Origin: Nitrosopumilus sp.
GTDB taxonomy: Archaea; Thermoproteota; Nitrososphaeria; Nitrososphaerales; Nitrosopumilaceae
Assembly: GCA_965249555.1 (NCBI GenBank)
Contig: OZ252243.1
Span: forward strand, 1,216,001-1,280,000
Direction of reading: 5' to 3'
Length of the DNA: 64,000 bases
Part shown: piece after piece, positions 61,081 to 64,000 of the stretch
Numbering within the stretch: position 1 is the stretch's first letter
Layout of the letters: each line of letters opens with the position of its first letter
The notes under the pieces: generated by a model
Database searches by the model: none
What the model was told of the DNA's origin: nothing
What the model saw: only the letters and a program-made list of their open reading frames with translations
Translations under genes and position numbers: made by a program

Positions 61081-61872
61081 TTAATTACCAAACATTGACG
61101 TAATGATGTCGCTTACTTTTTGATATTCTATGTTTCCCCATTGTGTGTAAACATTTCCAAAAACAAAATATGCTGTCTCTTTTGGAGACATTCCTTTGTC
61201 CAACAATTTTCCAAATGCAATAGTTTCTCTCAAGCTAGGAGAATAAAATAATTCTTCAACAGCAGCAGCTTGTCTTAGTATGTTTGCCAGTTTAATTGCT
61301 TGAATTATCTCTGATTCGTGTTCTCCAGTAACATGTTTTTTTATAATTTCTAATTCTATATTTTCTGGTGGATATTCCAATCTAATTCGTACTGGAAATC
61401 TACTTAGTATTTGTGGTGGGAGTTCCTTTGTTCCACTATGTGTTAATGGATTTATAGTTGCAATTACAAACCAATTTTCTTTTGCTTTGATTACTTCCCC
61501 TGTTGATTCCTTTAACACAATCTGTCTTCTATCATCTAACGCTTCATCAAGCCTAAGTAAAACATCAGCTTCGGCTGAATTAATTTCATCCAAGTAAAGC
61601 ATGTTTCCTTCCTTCATTGATTTAATCAAAATTCCTTCATCAAAACTCACAGTTCCATCTGTCAGTGTTTTTGTGCCAATAAGATGGCTCTCTCTAGTTC
61701 TTAGACTAAAATTAATGGATTCTAGATTGATACTCTTATTTTTTGCAAAATCTCTCACCAAAGATGTCTTTCCAGTTCCTTTTGGCCCTATAATGAGCAC
61801 AAAAAGACCAGCTTCTTGTGCCTTATTCAGAATTTGAATTGAATTATTCCAATCTAGATATTGTATTTCCAA
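61081..61872 (-). CDS. MoxR-family AAA+ ATPase (CbbQ/NirQ/NorQ-like)
   Basis: GPKGTGKT, YLDEIN, ATINP, LSRF. Confidence 0.9.
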   Translation of the reverse strand: MEIQYLDWNNSIQILNKAQEAGLFVLIIGPKGTGKTSLVRDFAKNKSINLESINFSLRTRESHLIGTKTLTDGTVSFDEGILIKSMKEGNMLYLDEINSAEADVLLRLDEALDDRRQIVLKESTGEVIKAKENWFVIATINPLTHSGTKELPPQILSRFPVRIRLEYPPENIELEIIKKHVTGEHESEIIQAIKLANILRQAAAVEELFYSPSLRETIAFGKLLDKGMSPKETAYFVFGNVYTQWGNIEYQKVSDIITSMFGN

Positions 61873-61912
61873 AGTACGTTTTCATTGATTTAAACAATAT
61901 TTAATATTAGAT

Positions 61913-63370
61913 CTAATTTCCAAATGTGCAAACTTTTGTAACTGCCTCACCAAATCTCTGATGAAATGTTTTGTTCCATTCATCAAAACCTGATGGATCT
62001 TTTGGATAATTATTATAATGTTCAACTAACCATTGGTTTTGTTCTGATGTGTATTTCAGCGCTTTTGCAACTGTCTGATTCATTGCACCTCTAATTATCA
62101 TGCCAATCTTTCCTAATCCTGAAAAGTCTGGATGCTCACCTTTGCTGATTGATTCAACATCAAGATTTCCCAAAAAGTGCTTCATTCCATAACTGATTTG
62201 CTCATTAGTCATTTGCTGTACTAATCCTCTGAAAAGTTCAAGACCTGCAGTTTTGTATCCATACTCTTTGATAAAGTCAAGATTGTACTGCCAAAGATTT
62301 GCTTCTGAAGTGTCATTTGCTTCTATTGCTTGAGATACGTTATTTCCAATAATTGTTCCCGCAATTAACGCTGGTCCTATTCCACCTGCATCGATTGCTT
62401 TTGGCATCCATGCAGAATCTCCAACTAACATGTATCCTCCTGATACCATACAATCATTTTGTCTTCTAACTGAAACTTGGAACACTCCAGAATTATTGTT
62501 AATGTCTTCGGGATCTTCTGATAATCTTGAATTTTTAATTGCTCTGTTTCTTTCAAGATATTCTTTCATTAATGATGCTACATTGTCTTTCTTACCCAAT
62601 CTCTTGTTTCTTTTATCCAAAAATGATTTCTCAACTCCTAAACCAATGTTGACTTTGTTGTCTCCTTTTGGAAATACCCATCCATATCCGCCTGGTGCAA
62701 TATCTTGATCTAAATGAATTATACAATAATCCGGATCAAATTCTGTAAGATCTTTTTGTCCTTGATCAAAGTACATAATGTATCTGCCTGTAGATTCCAA
62801 ATCTTTTCTGTCGATTCTTTTTTCCACTTTAGTTGAGTTTTGAAGTCCATTTCTAAGCGTAGATGTAACTCCTGTTGCATCAACTACAATTTTTGATGTT
62901 TTCTTAAATGGCTGTTTTGTTTTGTTATCAACTCCTTGAATTCCAACTACTTGCTGACCATCATAAATTAGACCAGTAAGATTAATCTCATATTCAAACT
63001 CAATTCCAATTTTTTTACATCTTTCATTTTGAATTTCAGGTAATTTTTGACGATTTAACATGTACCCGGCCCCATCAAATGGAATTGCGGTTTCTCTGTC
63101 TGGTGAAAATGCCATTACACCTTTTACATCATGTTCGATTTCTGGTTTGGTCCATTCAACCTTAATTCTGTTTGACATGAAATCCACTGCCTCTTTGGAA
63201 CATGCATCTCCACACACCCATCCTGCCAATGATTTTCTACCTGGTAAAAATTCTGTATTTCTATCAACAACCAAAATCTTTAGGTTTTGATTTGAATAGT
63301 GAGAGATGGATTGAGCTGTAATTGTACCTGCAAGACCTCCACCTGCAACTATAACATCATAATCTGCCAC
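61913..63370 (-). CDS. Geranylgeranyl reductase family FAD oxidoreductase
   Basis: AGGGLAG, DATG, APGGYGWVFPK, VGDSA..GGI. Confidence 0.9.
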   Translation of the reverse strand: MADYDVIVAGGGLAGTITAQSISHYSNQNLKILVVDRNTEFLPGRKSLAGWVCGDACSKEAVDFMSNRIKVEWTKPEIEHDVKGVMAFSPDRETAIPFDGAGYMLNRQKLPEIQNERCKKIGIEFEYEINLTGLIYDGQQVVGIQGVDNKTKQPFKKTSKIVVDATGVTSTLRNGLQNSTKVEKRIDRKDLESTGRYIMYFDQGQKDLTEFDPDYCIIHLDQDIAPGGYGWVFPKGDNKVNIGLGVEKSFLDKRNKRLGKKDNVASLMKEYLERNRAIKNSRLSEDPEDINNNSGVFQVSVRRQNDCMVSGGYMLVGDSAWMPKAIDAGGIGPALIAGTIIGNNVSQAIEANDTSEANLWQYNLDFIKEYGYKTAGLELFRGLVQQMTNEQISYGMKHFLGNLDVESISKGEHPDFSGLGKIGMIIRGAMNQTVAKALKYTSEQNQWLVEHYNNYPKDPSGFDEWNKTFHQRFGEAVTKVCTFGN

Positions 63371-63460
63371 GATAATGAGGTTTGTCTATCCGTATTTAAA
63401 ATAATACGCTGATAAAATGCATAGAATTCTTTAAACAAAATTCCATGATCGATTCAAAAA

Positions 63461-63531
63461 TGGGGTCGGTTCGTCGCGGCGTCTTCAAGGCTTTCGCTCA
63501 GACTGGAGCGGCTGTTATTTCCTCATTCCCA
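63461..63531 (-). ncRNA. Probable C/D box guide sRNA
   Basis: GC-rich island on the minus strand: GGG-A-ATGAGGA(C)..CTGA(D')..TTGAAGA(C')..CCGA(D)-CCC with a terminal stem; TTAAATA ~25 nt upstream. Confidence 0.65.
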
Positions 63532-63561
63532 AATTGAATAATTCTATTATTCCTATTTAAT

Positions 63562-63990
63562 CTAGTTGGCAATTTGAAAAATTTCTGTAAATGTTTTAAC
63601 AGTATTTTTTTTGTTGTAAATTGGTGTGTGAATTTTTATTTTTATTGATTCTTTTTCTCCAAATGCAAGATTTCCTTTCATTAGTTCTTGCTTGTCTAAT
63701 CTCATATGAAATCTGGAATCTACTGTCCTTTCTTCAATTTCTTCAATTAATTCATTGATTTGCTCAATTGATAAAAATCCTAAAAATTTCTTCATAAAAT
63801 TTTGAGCCTCTTTTTTTACAATTTCTGCATTTAACATGATTATTGGATTATCAAAATGCCCTAAGGTCTCGTGAATTGTGAAATCATCTTCTTTTAGATC
63901 CAATAATTCTTCAAAAGACTGGAATATTCTTGAAATATCTTCAGTTGCATGAATAATTACATCAATTGTTACTTCAATCTTATCAATCAT
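63562..63990 (-). CDS. RNA-binding protein (DUF54-like)
   Basis: HATED, GHFDNPI, RLDKQ. Confidence 0.8.
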   Translation of the reverse strand: MIDKIEVTIDVIIHATEDISRIFQSFEELLDLKEDDFTIHETLGHFDNPIIMLNAEIVKKEAQNFMKKFLGFLSIEQINELIEEIEERTVDSRFHMRLDKQELMKGNLAFGEKESIKIKIHTPIYNKKNTVKTFTEIFQIAN

Positions 63991-64000
63991 GATTGTAAAA

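Noticed and set aside
2011-63290. Many short ORF-track entries antisense or out of frame within long genes
   Set aside because: Shadow ORFs with no motifs, overlapping well-supported genes.

Overview
AT-rich archaeal chromosome segment, most likely Nitrosopumilaceae (ammonia-oxidising Nitrososphaerota). The evidence is an S-layer gene, an S8 protease, a Rieske/cytochrome b/blue-copper complex III cluster, arcTGT, KEOPS, TYW1, TBP and geranylgeranyl reductase. Two accessory zones interrupt the backbone. The first is 1-4023: unknown genes, an IS66 and a decayed IS5/IS982-like element. The second is a ~14.7 kb IS-riddled island (~20019-34755) at the 3' end of tRNA-Arg(TCT). It carries a DUF4145-like gene, an atypical long-arm tRNA with anticodon UAU, a bacterial-type ubiquitination locus (Ubl-E2 and JAB-E1 fusions) divergent from an AAA+-wHTH/wHTH pair, and nested IS66/IS110/IS630 elements. 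The most striking sequence-level signal is two unrelated sites (3275-3381 and 52457-52567) where a 36-39 bp stretch of host DNA is duplicated around a foreign 33-35 bp insert. This is the geometry expected of off-target CRISPR spacer integration. Three thrombospondin type 3 repeat genes with a 615 bp higher-order repeat and a probable C/D box sRNA are also present. All calls come from reading motifs by eye; no database searches were run.
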